Assembly: GCA_963662945.1 (NCBI GenBank)
Contig: OY759974.1
Coordinates: 2,433,316 to 2,497,315 of the forward strand
Length of the DNA stretch: 64,000 nucleotides
Source of the DNA: Arcobacteraceae bacterium
GTDB lineage: Bacteria; Campylobacterota; Campylobacteria; Campylobacterales; Arcobacteraceae
Direction of reading: 5' to 3'
Under the pieces are notes generated by a model, which was not told the origin of the DNA, ran no database searches, and saw only the letters and a program-made list of their open reading frames with translations. Position 1 is the first letter of the stretch. Each line of letters begins with the position of its first letter. The translations under genes and the position numbers were made by a program. Positions 37,028 to 45,428 of this stretch are shown here, piece by piece.

Positions 37028-37345
37028 ATGGATACTAGAGGTACACAACTTAGACAAGTAGCTTTGATGCAATATGCTTGTGATGAAGAGGAAAAAATGT
37101 CAAAACTCAATGTTTTATGGGCTTTGAGTATGGATTTAAAACACGACAATATGTTGGTATATCCGTTGGATATTATGGTTGAAGATGTAAACGATGTTTG
37201 TCAAAGAAAATATGTAGATGGGGATAACTTTTATGAGTATCATGCAGAAAATGGCTCACATTGGTTAGTATCAGAATCTATTGAAGTTCAAGACCTAGAT
37301 GCATTTTTTCAAATTTATTTTCATACAGATGAAGTAGCGGCTTGA
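37028..37345 (+). CDS. Acidic hypothetical protein
   Basis: AAGGAG RBS; terminator at its 3' end. Confidence 0.7.
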   Translation: MDTRGTQLRQVALMQYACDEEEKMSKLNVLWALSMDLKHDNMLVYPLDIMVEDVNDVCQRKYVDGDNFYEYHAENGSHWLVSESIEVQDLDAFFQIYFHTDEVAA

Positions 37346-37361
37346 TAATCAAGCCGCTTTT
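37336..37361. terminator. Terminator hairpin between convergent genes
   Basis: AGCGGCTTGA-TAA-TCAAGCCGCT then T run. Confidence 0.8.
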
Positions 37362-38040
37362 ATTTGTAATAGCCTGATTTAAATCCCTTATCTTCTGGGT
37401 ATTTGTGGAGTTTAAATTCTTTATAAACTTTGACACAAGTTGGAATTTTCTTTTCATAGCCTTCTTGTGCTAATTTTCGTGCTCTTCCAAAATTTGGAAA
37501 TACTCCATAACCATTTGCAAACATTATAGCTAGATTACAACTTGCTGGTTGGTATTGATGTACAAAAAGTGCTTGTTCAAACCATTTAACTGCCATCTTA
37601 TAGTCTTTATCTACACCTAGACCGTGCAATAAAAAGATTCCAACTTTATTTTGCGCTTTTGCGTATCCTTCTTGTGCTAGTTCTAGAAATATATCATAAG
37701 CTTTTTTATAGTTATGTTTTTTATAGTTTTTATTTGCATAGATGATTGCTGTGTTGTATTTTGCTTTTTGATTTCCATATACAGCAATTTTTGAAAAATA
37801 AAAAAGTGCTTTTTCTAAATCTTGTTTAACATATTTTCCATTGTAGTATATTTTTCCAAGAATAAAAATAGCTTCATCATTTCCTGTAATTGCAGATTTT
37901 TTATAAAAGTAGAGTGCTTTTTCAATATTTTTTTCTTCAAAAGCTTTTGTAGCATCTTCAAAATAGCTGCAAAAAGACTGTGTGAAAAAAACAATAATGA
38001 TTAAAAAAATTATTCGTAAAATCACTTGTCCTTTTTTCAA
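37360..38040 (-). CDS. Sel1-like repeat protein
   Basis: Repeated A...LG..Y..G..V..D..KA..(W/Y)F..A units; hydrophobic N-terminus; exact start uncertain. Confidence 0.9.
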   Translation of the reverse strand: MKKGQVILRIIFLIIIVFFTQSFCSYFEDATKAFEEKNIEKALYFYKKSAITGNDEAIFILGKIYYNGKYVKQDLEKALFYFSKIAVYGNQKAKYNTAIIYANKNYKKHNYKKAYDIFLELAQEGYAKAQNKVGIFLLHGLGVDKDYKMAVKWFEQALFVHQYQPASCNLAIMFANGYGVFPNFGRARKLAQEGYEKKIPTCVKVYKEFKLHKYPEDKGFKSGYYK

Positions 38041-38080
38041 TTATTTTATAACATTTTACTCAAATTTTATTAAATTTAAG

Positions 38081-38345
38081 TTTTTCACATCTACAAATTT
38101 TGTATACACTTTAAACCCCTTAACAAAGGGAATTATTAACAATTAAAAATTCAAAAAAACATAATATACATTTCTTTTAAATAGATTAAAATATTAAAAA
38201 AGTCTTTATAAAGCCCTTTGTTAAGGGATTATAAGATTAAGTGTGAAAAAAAATTATTAATGAAAATTTCTAATAAATTTTTAAATTTGTGTTATATTTT
38301 ATAGTTTTTTAAGGTTAAATGTTCATGTGAATAGTGTGTGAATAA
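38081..38345. promoter_or_regulatory. AT-rich intergenic region with DnaA-box-like 9-mers and a 14-bp inverted repeat
   Basis: TGTGAATAA (38337-38345), TGTGAATAG (38326-38334), TGTGAAAAA (38242-38250), TTTTTCACA (38081-38089); CCCTTAACAAAGGG/CCCTTTGTTAAGGG. Confidence 0.5.
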
Positions 38346-38367
38346 CTTCTAAAAAGATGAAATTTCT

Positions 38368-40179
38368 CTAATCCCTTTTGTTAAGGTGTTCATGAATAAT
38401 TTTTGCATCTTTTTGATTAAGTACAAGTGATAATTGTTCTATGTCCGAATGATAAATTTCTTCAAATGTTCCAAAATAGTCTAATAGTTTTTTTATTTTT
38501 GCTTCACCAATTCCATGAATATTTAAAAGTGAGATTTGTTTATCTTCTCGTCGTTTTTGTTTTTTATGAAAAGTGATAGCACTTCTATGTGCTTCATCAC
38601 GAAGTCGTTGGCAAAACTGCAATCTTTTATCAGAAGGTTCTAGTCTAAAAACTTCATCTTTTGTATAAAGAATATCTTTTGCACTTCCTTTTGCTCTATG
38701 TGCCTTTGCATCAACTTTTTCTTTTGCAATTGCTACTATATCTAAATTTACTCCAACACTTTGTGTTATATCATAAGCTAGATTGAGAAGTGCCTGTCCA
38801 CCATCAAGTACCCACAAATCTGGTGGTGGGTTTTCATTAAATCTTTCAACTCTTCTTGTTAGCATCTCTTTCATCTGCCCATATTCATCTAAAGCATCTA
38901 AGTTGTATAATCTATAATCCTCTTTACAAAACTTATCTTCATCCCATACAATCATAGCACCAACTTTAGCTTGTCCCATCATTTGTGAGTTGTCGTAACA
39001 TTCAAATCGTGTTGGTGTTTTGTATAATCCAAATAGCTCTTGAAGTTGCTTATAAATGATGTTATTTGTATTTGTTTTATCTAACTTTAATAGCTCTACA
39101 CAGTTATTTTTAGCTACTTCAATAAGTTGTTTTTTTATACCTATTTTTGGAAGATTTATTGAGATGCTTTTACCATATCTTTGGCTTATAAAAGATTCTA
39201 ATTCTTCTATATCTTCTATCTCATCTGCTATTAAAATGGTTGATGGAATTGTTGGTAAATCTTCGTTATAGTAGTTTACAATTGCTGTTTTATATATCTC
39301 ATCAATAGTTGTAATCTCTGTAATATTGACATAGTTATGAATAGTAGAGATAAGTTTTCCTTCTCGTATAAACATTTTTATTACAACTGCTTTGTTTACA
39401 CCTAGTTCTACTGCAAAAAGGTCTAGGTCTTCATTGTTAGCAAAGTCCAGTGTTGATTTGATTTGTGATTTTGAGATGGTTTGGATTCTATCTCTCATTT
39501 TCATAGCTTCTTCAAAACGGAATTGTTCACTATATGTTTCCATTTTTTTTGTAAGGGTTTCTATGATTTTTGATTTGTTATTAATATATTCTAAAGCTTC
39601 TTCTATCAGTTTTGCATACTTTTCTTTTGTGATTTTCCCTTCACAAGGGGCAAGACACTTTTGTATCTGATAAAACATACAAGCTTTACCACCTTTAACA
39701 CAAGCTTTTTTTTGTACCAAAGGAACTATTTCATAGATAGTATCTAGTAAGTCTCTTGCCCCACTACTAAAAGGACCAAAGTATTTGATATTTTTTCCTT
39801 TTAGAACTTTTCTAGTAATCTCTAATCGTGGAAAAGTTTCATTATAATCTATGTAAATATATGGAAATGTTTTATCATCTCTTAGAAGTATATTGTATTT
39901 TGGTTTGAGTTGTTTTATAAGAGAGTTTTCAAGTATAAGTGCATCATTTTCACTTTCTACAACGATATAGTGCATATTGTCAACTTCAGTTATCATCTTG
40001 TAAATACGACTTCCTAGTCTATCTGAAGGTGCTAATGTAGGGGTGAATTTAAAATAACTTTTCACTCTATTTTTAAGCACTTTAGCTTTTCCTATATAGA
40101 GAAGTTTTCCATTTTTATCAAAGTATTGATAAATTCCTGGTTGTGCTGGTAGATTTTGAAGTTTTTGCTCTAAAGTCAA
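38368..40179 (-). CDS. uvrC: Excinuclease ABC subunit C
   Basis: PGIYQY..YIGKAK..RVKSYF, LLRDDKTFPY, ECYDNS, LDGG, RLRDEAHR, HhH; start re-called to TTG 40179 with AAGGGA RBS. Confidence 0.97.
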   Translation of the reverse strand: MTLEQKLQNLPAQPGIYQYFDKNGKLLYIGKAKVLKNRVKSYFKFTPTLAPSDRLGSRIYKMITEVDNMHYIVVESENDALILENSLIKQLKPKYNILLRDDKTFPYIYIDYNETFPRLEITRKVLKGKNIKYFGPFSSGARDLLDTIYEIVPLVQKKACVKGGKACMFYQIQKCLAPCEGKITKEKYAKLIEEALEYINNKSKIIETLTKKMETYSEQFRFEEAMKMRDRIQTISKSQIKSTLDFANNEDLDLFAVELGVNKAVVIKMFIREGKLISTIHNYVNITEITTIDEIYKTAIVNYYNEDLPTIPSTILIADEIEDIEELESFISQRYGKSISINLPKIGIKKQLIEVAKNNCVELLKLDKTNTNNIIYKQLQELFGLYKTPTRFECYDNSQMMGQAKVGAMIVWDEDKFCKEDYRLYNLDALDEYGQMKEMLTRRVERFNENPPPDLWVLDGGQALLNLAYDITQSVGVNLDIVAIAKEKVDAKAHRAKGSAKDILYTKDEVFRLEPSDKRLQFCQRLRDEAHRSAITFHKKQKRREDKQISLLNIHGIGEAKIKKLLDYFGTFEEIYHSDIEQLSLVLNQKDAKIIHEHLNKRD

Positions 40180-40238
40180 ATATTCCCTTAAAAGTTTTGA
40201 TTTGGTATTATACAACATTAGAATTAAATAGGAAATCA

Positions 40239-40814
40239 ATGACTAACTTAAATATAGAAAATTTTGAGATAACAAAACTAACAAATCCTTCATTTGTAAA
40301 GCCAGTTCGACTAAACTATAGTATAAACCAATCAGAAAAAACATGGGAAGCTGTAAAATCACACGATAGTGTAGCAGTGCTTTTATATCATACAACAAAA
40401 GATGCCTTTTTGCTTGTAAAACAATTTCGAGCACCAGTTTTTATGAACCATGATAATTATAAGTTTACTTATGAATTATGTGCAGGGATTGTTGATAAGA
40501 ATATTTCTTTAGAAGAGATAGCCAAAGAGGAGATAGAAGAGGAGTGCGGGTACGAAGTAAAGAGTGATTCTATAGAAAAAGTATCTTCTTTTTTTACAAA
40601 TGTAGGAGTAAGTGGAGCGAAACAACATCTTTTTTTTACTACGATTGATGAAAGTATGAAAATAGGCGAGGGTGGCGGAGTAAATGACGAATATATAGAA
40701 ACAGAGTTTGTTTCTATTCTTGACTCAAAACAGTTTTTATTTGATGAGTCAAAAGCAAAAACACCAGGGCTTATGTTTGGATTTTATTGGTTTTACGAGA
40801 AGTTTAAAAGATAG
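40239..40814 (+). CDS. NUDIX hydrolase (NDP-sugar pyrophosphatase-like)
   Basis: KQFRAP, ELCAGIVD...AKEEIEEECGY Nudix box, GGG; start re-called to ATG 40239 (AGGA RBS). Confidence 0.92.
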   Translation: MTNLNIENFEITKLTNPSFVKPVRLNYSINQSEKTWEAVKSHDSVAVLLYHTTKDAFLLVKQFRAPVFMNHDNYKFTYELCAGIVDKNISLEEIAKEEIEEECGYEVKSDSIEKVSSFFTNVGVSGAKQHLFFTTIDESMKIGEGGGVNDEYIETEFVSILDSKQFLFDESKAKTPGLMFGFYWFYEKFKR

Positions 40815-40815
40815 T

Positions 40816-41607
40816 TTACTCGTAAATCTCTTCTACAAAGTATCTATTGTTTTTTACATTGATTTTAAGCTTTGTATCAAAAATAGTTGAGAGATTTTCA
40901 CTTGTAAGTATCTCCTCTTTTGATCCACTTTTATAGAGAGTATGGTTGTGCATTAAAGCTATGTTTGTAATATCTTCAAATATCTCTTCAAGATGATGTG
41001 TCACTAAGATAATAGAGCTTTCTTTTGCTAGTTTTTGCAACATCTTCAAAAAATTGATTTGTGCTTTTATATCAAGTCCAACTGTTGGTTCATCGAGAAT
41101 AAATGCTTGTGGACTATGGATAAGTGCGCGGGCTATGATACACTTTCGTAACTCCCCTGTAGACATAGTACTTACTCTTTTATCTTTCAAGTGTAGTATC
41201 TCTAAAAATTCCAATGTTTCACGAACTTTTTGGTGCTGTTGTTCTGTAAAGTCCTGATGTTTAAAGATACTAAAACTACTATAAAATCCACTTTGTACAA
41301 CTTCATAACCAGTGAGAAAAGGAACTTTATCGTGGAAGAAGTTATGCAAGTCGTTGCTGATAACGCCTATTTTTTCTCTTAAATCAAAGAGTGAATATCG
41401 AGACATACCAAATATCTCTTTTGTAGAGTTTTTATCAAATCGTGGATGAATTTCTGACTGGATAAGTTTCATCAAGGTAGATTTTCCAGAACCATTCGCC
41501 CCAAGTATTGCCCAATGCTCCCCTTGTTTTATAGTTAAGTTAAGATTTTGTAAGATGATTTTTTCATCATAACCTACATTGATGTTTTTGAAGTTTATTA
41601 TGTTCAT
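40816..41607 (-). CDS. ABC transporter ATP-binding protein (ModF/YlmA-like)
   Basis: GANGSGKST, MSTGE, ILDEP, VTHH. Confidence 0.92.
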   Translation of the reverse strand: MNIINFKNINVGYDEKIILQNLNLTIKQGEHWAILGANGSGKSTLMKLIQSEIHPRFDKNSTKEIFGMSRYSLFDLREKIGVISNDLHNFFHDKVPFLTGYEVVQSGFYSSFSIFKHQDFTEQQHQKVRETLEFLEILHLKDKRVSTMSTGELRKCIIARALIHSPQAFILDEPTVGLDIKAQINFLKMLQKLAKESSIILVTHHLEEIFEDITNIALMHNHTLYKSGSKEEILTSENLSTIFDTKLKINVKNNRYFVEEIYE

Positions 41608-41611
41608 ATTA

Positions 41612-41941
41612 TTACTTATTATTGATTAATCTTTGAAATAAGATATCTTCTAAATTTCTACTTGAATCTACAACTATTAAGATATAAATTTTTGTATTAT
41701 CAATTTTATAGATTATTCGCCATCTTTTATGGATAATTTCTCTATATTTCAAAATTCCTATTTGCTGGAGTTCGGGTACAACTCTTTTTCGTTCTGGAAA
41801 ACAATATAGATTGTCGCACTCTTGTTTTATCTCAAAAAATATCTTTTTTGCTATATCTATACTATCAGTTTTAATGTACTCAATAATAGCCTCTAAATCA
41901 AACTGGGCACTTTTTGTCCATAATACTTCAAATTTTTTCAT
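41612..41941 (-). CDS. Type II toxin, RelE/ParE family
   Basis: VLWTKSAQFDLEAIIEYI...RVVPEL...YREII..WRIIY. Confidence 0.9.
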   Translation of the reverse strand: MKKFEVLWTKSAQFDLEAIIEYIKTDSIDIAKKIFFEIKQECDNLYCFPERKRVVPELQQIGILKYREIIHKRWRIIYKIDNTKIYILIVVDSSRNLEDILFQRLINNK

Positions 41942-41947
41942 AAGTTG

Positions 41948-42220
41948 TTAGTTAAATAATTTTTTTTCTAGATTTGTAAACATATCGTCTTGTTTAATAA
42001 TATTATTGTTTTCTATATCATTTTCACTTTGTACAATTAGTTTTAACAAATTCAAAGAATTTTGTAAATTTTCATAACTTTTTATATCTTGAACAACTGC
42101 TTTTGCTTCACCATTTTGCGTTATGATAACAGTTCTTTGTGTTTCATTGACATTGTTTATAACATCAGCAGTTTTTGCTTTGAGGTAACTAATTGGTTTT
42201 ATATCTTGACTTAAATTCAT
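41948..42220 (-). CDS. Type II antitoxin, Phd/YefM family
   Basis: DIKPISYLK...IITQNGEAKAVVQD..SYE. Confidence 0.92.
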   Translation of the reverse strand: MNLSQDIKPISYLKAKTADVINNVNETQRTVIITQNGEAKAVVQDIKSYENLQNSLNLLKLIVQSENDIENNNIIKQDDMFTNLEKKLFN

Positions 42221-42355
42221 ATAATCAACCTTTTATTTAAATATGCTATATTGTATCAAATTTAGATTTAATTTGGTATTAGTTAAATTGCTTTATAATA
42301 TAAAGTAGTTCTATGTTAATATACTACCTAATATCTTAGAAGAGGGTTTCAACCA

Positions 42356-42868
42356 ATGATACTTATCCACACCGCACTTTTAAGTGAAGCACAAACTTTT
42401 ATCGAAAAATATAAATTGACAAAAGTGAACTCTACACCTAAAATATATGCTAATGAAAAGATCGTAGTCGTTATAGGTGGTATTGGGAAAGAGAATACTT
42501 ATAATTCTTTAGACTATATATTTGAAAACTATGCTATCTCAAAAGCTTTTAATATTGGAATCGCTGGGTGTAGTGATACAACTATAGAGATGGGGGAGTT
42601 ATTTTGTACCAACAAAGAGTTAGAAGATATAAATACTATGCAATGTAAAACAGTAGATGCGCCACAACTTCCATCAAATACAACACCCAATACTCTTTAT
42701 GATATGGAAGCTTCTTATTTTTTAGAGATAGTGCAAAAATATTTATATGAAAAAGATATTTATGTATTCAAAATAGTATCAGACTATCTTGATAGTACAA
42801 TTCCAAAAAAAGACTTTGTAAAAAAGCTCATCAATGACAAATTTACTCAAATCTCAAAATATCTCTAA
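42356..42868 (+). CDS. Nucleoside phosphorylase/MTA-SAH nucleosidase-like protein
   Basis: ALLSEA, GIGK, NIGIAG, DMEAS, KIVSD. Confidence 0.82.
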   Translation: MILIHTALLSEAQTFIEKYKLTKVNSTPKIYANEKIVVVIGGIGKENTYNSLDYIFENYAISKAFNIGIAGCSDTTIEMGELFCTNKELEDINTMQCKTVDAPQLPSNTTPNTLYDMEASYFLEIVQKYLYEKDIYVFKIVSDYLDSTIPKKDFVKKLINDKFTQISKYL

Positions 42869-43058
42869 AAAAGGATTTACACTTTTTGAAGTGCTTATTT
42901 CTCTCGTAATATTAGGTGTAGTTCTTGCAAGTGTTTCAAAGCTTTTTGTAAAAAATGATGATATAGAAATATATTATGAACTCCAAAAAATCGAGAACAA
43001 TTATATAGAAACTAAAACTATACAAAACAGTGAAAATATCAAATTTCAATCTCAATAA
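42834..43058 (+). CDS. Prepilin-type N-terminal cleavage/methylation protein
   Basis: KKGFTLFEVLISLVILG. Confidence 0.85.
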   Translation: MTNLLKSQNISKKGFTLFEVLISLVILGVVLASVSKLFVKNDDIEIYYELQKIENNYIETKTIQNSENIKFQSQ

Positions 43059-43122
43059 ATCTATGCCTTAGTGAGTTTTTGATACAATATCAGACTAAAT
43101 TTTATCAAAAGGTTTCATCAAT

Positions 43123-44661
43123 ATGGATAACATCTATTCTTTGAATATCGAACGAGCAGTGTTAAGCTCAATACTGTTTGATCATGAGATTATTGAAGAT
43201 ATTTTAGGTGTTTTAAAACCTTCTGATTTTTATCTCCCTGCACATCAAAAAGTATTTGAAGTTATGGAAGCACTTAACCATGCTGATATGCCTATCGATG
43301 AAGATTTTATACGAAAAAGAGTCGATAGCAAAGAGGTAAGTGATAGTGTCCTTATCGAGATACTTTCAGCAAATCCTATTTCAAATACAATGTCATATGT
43401 AAAAGAGATAAAAGATGGTGCAGTTAAAAGAGAGTTAGCAACACTAGCAACCGAGATAAAAAAACTTACAGTTGAAGATAACATTACAGCTTTAGAAGCA
43501 GTTGACCAAGTACAAAACAAGCTTTATAGTATCACTATGGATAGTGCAAGTAGTGATCTTAAAAATATGCAAACAGTCATCGAAAACACACGAGAACATA
43601 TACGAAAAATGCAACAACGAGGGACTAGCTATCTTACTGGACAAACTACAGGTTTTACAGCTCTTGATAAAAAAACGACAGGATTTAATCCCGGAGATTT
43701 AGTTATTATTGCAGCTCGTCCAGCTATGGGAAAAACTTCTATAGTTTTAAATACAGCATTGCAAAATCTAGAACGTGGTGACGGTGTTATCTTTTTCTCA
43801 CTAGAGATGCCAGAAACGCAGCTTATGATAAGACTTATTAGTGCAAAAACTGGTATACCTTTACAAAATGTAAGAAAAGGGGAACTAGACCCAGACCAAG
43901 CACAAAAAGTAGAACAAGCATTTCAAGACTTAAGTACAAAAAAACTTTTTGTTGACGATGGTGGAAGTGTAAATATTAACCAATTACGGGCTCGTGCAAG
44001 AAAAATAGCACAAATCGAATCAAATAATATTAAACTTATTATCGTGGATTATTTACAACTTATGAGTGGTACAGGTGGAAGTGATAGACGACTTACAGTA
44101 GATGAGATTAGTAGGGGATTAAAACTTCTAGCACGAGAGATGCAAATACCTATCGTTGCTCTTTCTCAGCTAAATAGGGGATTAGAAAGTCGTCCAGATA
44201 AACGACCAATGTTAAGTGATATTAGGGAGTCTGGGGCTATTGAGCAAGATGCAGATATTATTATGTTTGTATATAGAGATGATATCTATAAAGAAAGAGA
44301 TGAACAAAGAAAAGAAAAAGAGTCTTTAGATAAAGGAGAAGTTCCTCCATATAAAAGTGCTTTTATTGATAAACCTATAGAGGAAGCGGAGATAATCATA
44401 GGAAAGCAAAGAAATGGTTCAACGGGAACAGTAAAACTAGACTTTCATAAAGAACTTACAAAGTTTATGGATAAAGAGGAGCCTTTTGGTGCTGCTCCTA
44501 TTATTACTAGTTATGAAGCTGTTGCTGATGCTTCTGTTGATACTGTTATTGATATACCAGAAGGTATGCAACCTTTAAATCAATCAAACAATCAGCAACC
44601 AAATAACCCGCCTCAACCACCACCATCAAATTTAGATGTGGATATACCAGATATTTTTTAA
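43123..44661 (+). CDS. dnaB: Replicative DNA helicase
   Basis: AARPAMGKT, FSLEM, VDYLQL, LSQLNR, RESGAIEQDAD, KQRNG. Confidence 0.98.
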   Translation: MDNIYSLNIERAVLSSILFDHEIIEDILGVLKPSDFYLPAHQKVFEVMEALNHADMPIDEDFIRKRVDSKEVSDSVLIEILSANPISNTMSYVKEIKDGAVKRELATLATEIKKLTVEDNITALEAVDQVQNKLYSITMDSASSDLKNMQTVIENTREHIRKMQQRGTSYLTGQTTGFTALDKKTTGFNPGDLVIIAARPAMGKTSIVLNTALQNLERGDGVIFFSLEMPETQLMIRLISAKTGIPLQNVRKGELDPDQAQKVEQAFQDLSTKKLFVDDGGSVNINQLRARARKIAQIESNNIKLIIVDYLQLMSGTGGSDRRLTVDEISRGLKLLAREMQIPIVALSQLNRGLESRPDKRPMLSDIRESGAIEQDADIIMFVYRDDIYKERDEQRKEKESLDKGEVPPYKSAFIDKPIEEAEIIIGKQRNGSTGTVKLDFHKELTKFMDKEEPFGAAPIITSYEAVADASVDTVIDIPEGMQPLNQSNNQQPNNPPQPPPSNLDVDIPDIF

Positions 44662-44670
44662 GGATGATTT

Positions 44671-45420
44671 TTGAGTAAATATATACTTTTTGATACAGAA
44701 ACAACAGGTGCAGCAGTAGAAGATAGAATTATCCAAATTGGTGGAATGATAATCAATAGTAAAACAGATATTGAGGTGTACGATGAACTTTGTAGTGCAC
44801 CATTAGAGATAAAACTTGAAGCTATGGAAGTTCATAATATTACACCTGATTTACTAGTAGGGAAGCCACCATTTATACAAACTACTTTTTATGGAAAACT
44901 TCAAGAGGTAAACAATCCATCAAACTATCTTATTGCCCATAATATAAATTTTGATTTAGATATGTTAAAAAAAGAGGGGTTTGTAAATCAATTTACACTT
45001 ATAGATACTCTTAGATGTGCAAAACATTTGTATCCAGAACTTCCGTATCATCGATTACAATATATTCGATATGCACTTGATCTGTACAAAACAGAACAAC
45101 AAGAAGCTGATAGTTTAAATATCACTATTAAAGCTCATGATGCTATTGGGGATGTTTTAGTTATGAAACTTTTTTTACGACAGTTAGTTGTGCGATGTAA
45201 TGAAGTTTATCCTGATTTTAATACTATGGAAAAGTTAGCTGAACTAACTCAAACACCTGTATTTATCAAAACTTTTAGATTTGGAAAATATAAAGGACAA
45301 GATGTATTAGCAGTTGCAGCTCAAGATATTGGATATTTACAATGGATGCGTTCTAATATGGCTGATCTTGATGAGGATATGAGATATACTTTAGATAAAG
45401 CTATCGGGCAACCTAACTAG
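44671..45420 (+). CDS. DEDDh 3'-5' exonuclease (ExoX-like)
   Basis: FDTETTG, AHNINFD, AHDAIGDV, FGKYKG...YLQW. Confidence 0.93.
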   Translation: MSKYILFDTETTGAAVEDRIIQIGGMIINSKTDIEVYDELCSAPLEIKLEAMEVHNITPDLLVGKPPFIQTTFYGKLQEVNNPSNYLIAHNINFDLDMLKKEGFVNQFTLIDTLRCAKHLYPELPYHRLQYIRYALDLYKTEQQEADSLNITIKAHDAIGDVLVMKLFLRQLVVRCNEVYPDFNTMEKLAELTQTPVFIKTFRFGKYKGQDVLAVAAQDIGYLQWMRSNMADLDEDMRYTLDKAIGQPN

Positions 45421-45428
45421 AAAAAGTT

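Noticed and set aside
38041-38367. oriC
   Set aside because: No dnaA or dnaN adjacent; kept only as a DnaA-box-like cluster.
40143-40239. Head-to-head overlap of uvrC and the NUDIX gene implied by the ORF track
   Set aside because: RBS-supported starts at 40179 (-) and 40239 (+) remove the overlap.
41612-42220. TA module as an integron cassette
   Set aside because: No attC-like palindrome on either side.
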